Below are positions 61,578-64,000 of a stretch of DNA of 64,000 bases, in pieces (the first letter of the stretch is position 1; the number at the start of each line of letters is the position of its first letter). Below the pieces are notes generated by a model. That model searched no databases and was not told the origin of the DNA. It saw nothing but the letters and a program-made list of their open reading frames with translations. The translations under genes and the position numbers were made by a program. This DNA is from Planctomycetota bacterium (GTDB taxonomy: Bacteria; Planctomycetota; UBA1135; UBA2386), in the NCBI GenBank assembly GCA_020425925.1, contig JAGQRB010000534.1, positions 64-64,063 on the forward strand, read 5' to 3'.

Positions 61578-64000
61578 AGCAGGTTGAAGCGCTTGCGCAG
61601 GATCCACTCGATGGAGAGCACGACGATCAGGAACACGATCGTCGCCCAGCCGTCCCACAGCGCGTGCGGCGTGCGGAACGTGTCGGTCGCCGAACGCGAC
61701 GGCACCTGGTCGAGCGCCGCCAGCAGCGCCGCCGGGGTGTCGAACAGCTCGCCGCCCGGCGCCGCGGCGATCGCCGCGAGCTCGGCGCGATCCATCGGGC
61801 CCTCACGCTCTATTTGAGCCGCGACGACCTGGAACGTCAGCTCGGTGTTCTTGCCGATCTTGCGCACCGGCCGGACCCGGTAGGTGCCGAGCGCGGTCGG
61901 CCGCAGCTGCTTCTCGTAGCTGCCGGGCAGGCTCTCGACCGGCACCAGCTTCACGTTCTCGGATTCGTGCCCCTCGCGCTCGACGACGACCTCGAACGAC
62001 TCCTCGATCCACGGCTGCAGCGCCTCGTCCTTGACGTCGGCGCTGATCAGGATCGCGTCGCCGAGGTCGATCTTCTCGGCGTTGGCGGTGAGCCGCAGCC
62101 GGCTGTTGCCGGCGAAGATCCGGCCCTCGAACAGGTAGCGGATGCCGTTGACCCAGAAGCGCTCGTAGGCCGACATGAAGATCGAGCGCCAGCGGTAGCT
62201 CTCGTCGGTGCCGAGCCACAGCACGCGGCCGGCGCCGACGTTCTGCATCGCCAGCATCGGCATGCCACGGCCGTCGCGGCGGAACTTCGGATCGGGGTTG
62301 CTGCTCTCGACGACGCTGGTCGCGGCCGGCTTCAGGCCCTTGACCGGGAACCAGAAGTGGAAGCCCGGCAGCCGCGACCAGACGATCCGGCGCTCGCTCT
62401 TGTCGTCGACGATACGCGACACCTTTGCCGCGACGCCGTCGGCGCCGTCGGGCGCGAGCTCGTACGGCCACGCCCGCGGGAACGACAGGCCGAGGTTGAG
62501 CATCTTGCGCTCCGCGAAGTCGATGTCGGGCACGACCGGCAGCAGCTCGGCGAGCGGGCGGGTCGTCGCGTCGGGTCGCAGTGCGTTGAGCGTGAACTTC
62601 TCGCCGCACACCCACCACAGGCCGCAGCCGCCCTCGACCACGTGCTGCGCCAGCTGGTCGCAGAAGCTCGCGGTCAGCTGTTCCTGGTTGGGGTCGACCA
62701 GGATCACGACGTCGTAGACGTCGAACTGCTGGCGTTCCTCGGGCAGCTGATCGATGCGCACCGCCTCGTTGCCGTCCTGCGGGAACTTCGGATCCGCGTT
62801 CTGCACCCAGCAGCTGACGTCGATCGTCTTGTCGCGGATCAACGTGTTGCGCAGCATCTGGTACTCGAACACCGACGCGCCGGCGATCAGCAGCACGCGG
62901 GCGCGCTCCTCGAGCACCTCGACCATCGCGAGCTTGCTGTGCCGTTCGGCGGCGGGCGGCTCGCCGTCGGGCGGTTCGACCACGGCGCGGTAGACGAAGC
63001 GACCCGACGTGTCGGAGGTCAGACCGCGCCATTCGACCGGGACCTCGGTGCGGTCGCCGCCGATCTCGACCTGCTGGCTCGCGACCTCGGACTCGCCGCC
63101 GGTCTCGCCGCTGCGCAGCAGCCGGACCGTCACGGTCGTCGGGTCGTAGCCCTGCGAACTGACGTTCGCGCTCATCTGGAACTCGTCCTTCTGGAACACC
63201 TTCTCAGGTGCCTCGAAGCGCGACAGCTCGACGGTCTGGGTCTCGGACGGATCGCCGACACCGAGCACGAACGTGTGCGGGATCTTGCGCTGCGCCAGCA
63301 GGCGCGCGACCTCGGCACCCTGCGGCCCGGCGTTGCGGCGGCCGTCGCTGACGATCACCACCGCGGCGATCTCGGAGCTCCGGCTCTTGTCGAGCGCGGT
63401 CCGCAGGCTGCCGCCGAGGTTGGTGAAGCGACCGTCGGCACCGAGCTGCGTGAGGTCGAGGCGCGGCAGCGGCGGCGGCGCCGCGGGATCGGCCTCGGTC
63501 CCGGCCGGCGGCGTCGGCGGCGCCTGCAGCGGCAGGTTCTCGATGCTGCCGGCGAAGGCGTAGAGCTGCGGCACGTTGCGGCGGCCGAGCTCGCGCACCA
63601 GCGCACCGTCGTCGTGGGCGAGCAGCGCCTTGACCAGCTCGATCCGCGGCTGTCCGACCGGATCGGCGACGCCGACCGCGCGCCAGCCCTGGGCCAGCTT
63701 CTGGACCTCGTCGCGCCGGAACGCGTCGACGTGGGTCATCGACTGCGAGGAGTCGATCAGCAGGATCGTGTGGCCCGGCCGCGTCTCGCGCTTGACCGTG
63801 ACCAGGTTCGGTTCGAGCAGCAGCACGATCGCCGCGATCACCGCGGCGGCGCGCAGCAACGCGAGGACCACGCGCTGCGGCGTCGTCAGGTTCCTGCCGT
63901 CGCGCCGATACATCCAGCCGATCGCGAGCACCGCGAGCAGGCACCCCAGCAGCACGAGCATGCCGAGGCCACCAGTGGGGAACGCGGTGAACTCGAACTG
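61574..64000 (-). CDS. BatA-like double-TM VWA protein with a GATase1-like domain and C-terminal TM; 5' end probably outside the window
   Basis: The frame stays open to the window edge (QFEFTAFPTGGLG-MLVLLGCLLAVLAIGW). LRAAAVIAAIVLLLEP, MIDAS-like TILLIDSSQSM, VVIVSDGRRN, RVLLIAGASVFEYQMLRN...DVVILVD, terminal TM TIVFLIVVLSIEWIL. Confidence 0.75.
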   Translation of the reverse strand, partial: QFEFTAFPTGGLGMLVLLGCLLAVLAIGWMYRRDGRNLTTPQRVVLALLRAAAVIAAIVLLLEPNLVTVKRETRPGHTILLIDSSQSMTHVDAFRRDEVQKLAQGWRAVGVADPVGQPRIELVKALLAHDDGALVRELGRRNVPQLYAFAGSIENLPLQAPPTPPAGTEADPAAPPPLPRLDLTQLGADGRFTNLGGSLRTALDKSRSSEIAAVVIVSDGRRNAGPQGAEVARLLAQRKIPHTFVLGVGDPSETQTVELSRFEAPEKVFQKDEFQMSANVSSQGYDPTTVTVRLLRSGETGGESEVASQQVEIGGDRTEVPVEWRGLTSDTSGRFVYRAVVEPPDGEPPAAERHSKLAMVEVLEERARVLLIAGASVFEYQMLRNTLIRDKTIDVSCWVQNADPKFPQDGNEAVRIDQLPEERQQFDVYDVVILVDPNQEQLTASFCDQLAQHVVEGGCGLWWVCGEKFTLNALRPDATTRPLAELLPVVPDIDFAERKMLNLGLSFPRAWPYELAPDGADGVAAKVSRIVDDKSERRIVWSRLPGFHFWFPVKGLKPAATSVVESSNPDPKFRRDGRGMPMLAMQNVGAGRVLWLGTDESYRWRSIFMSAYERFWVNGIRYLFEGRIFAGNSRLRLTANAEKIDLGDAILISADVKDEALQPWIEESFEVVVEREGHESENVKLVPVESLPGSYEKQLRPTALGTYRVRPVRKIGKNTELTFQVVAAQIEREGPMDRAELAAIAAAPGGELFDTPAALLAALDQVPSRSATDTFRTPHALWDGWATIVFLIVVLSIEWILRKRFNLL

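Noticed and set aside
61574-63961. ATG 63961 as the true start of the BatA-like gene
   Set aside because: The frame stays open to the window edge, and the preceding residues (QFEFTAFPTGGLG) look like part of the N-terminal membrane domain. The gene is therefore reported as 5'-partial.
1-64000. CRISPR arrays, rRNA genes, IS elements, prophage or known defence-system gene sets
   Set aside because: No short regularly spaced direct repeats, rRNA-like segments, or transposase, integrase or reverse-transcriptase motifs were seen in any frame. The only repeats are intragenic (RCC1 blades, 15-bp duplications).

Overview
Very GC-rich bacterial chromosomal window (by eye about two-thirds to 70 % GC, not computed), densely coding on both strands. 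I support about 50 protein genes, one tRNA-Arg(CCG), two decayed toxin-antitoxin fragments and a few candidate regulatory sites. I found no rRNA, CRISPR array, transposase, integrase or phage genes. Most very long ORF-track entries are GC-driven shadow frames or upstream extensions of shorter real genes, so I trimmed starts using signal peptides, start/stop overlaps and family-typical N-termini. Content: (i) housekeeping or metabolic genes: a kinase-FGE fusion, RNA m5U methyltransferase, S46 and M61 peptidases, HCDH/ECH beta-oxidation fusion, a MocR-pdxS-pdxT block, lexA, DnaQ-like exonuclease and an iron-chelate-type ABC importer; (ii) many secreted or anchored proteins with HEAT, VWA, carboxypeptidase-regulatory-like, LamG, NPCBM, RCC1, DUF2961 and multihaem modules; (iii) two ECF sigma loci and an NtrC-like AAA+ regulator. 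The mix, plus a BatA-like double-TM VWA protein, looks PVC-superphylum/Planctomycetota-like; this is inference only. Items most worth a second look: a ~105-125 aa C-terminal module shared by five unrelated secreted proteins (possible lineage-specific sorting or anchoring tag); a same-strand operon of at least 9 genes (50.9-64.0 kb, running off the window) with coupled start/stop junctions, ending in three trypsin-fold/PDZ paralogs, two of which have every catalytic-triad residue replaced and Tyr at the Ser position; an NtrC-family regulator that lacks GAFTGA and the Walker B DE, next to an orphan 140-aa gene that carries a well-spaced sigma-54-like -24/-12 motif; a candidate LexA operator; and a 1030-aa LamG/di-haem peroxidase fusion heading the ABC importer operon. 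Nothing matches a known defence or mobile system. All functional calls rest on motifs read from the translations, not on searches.
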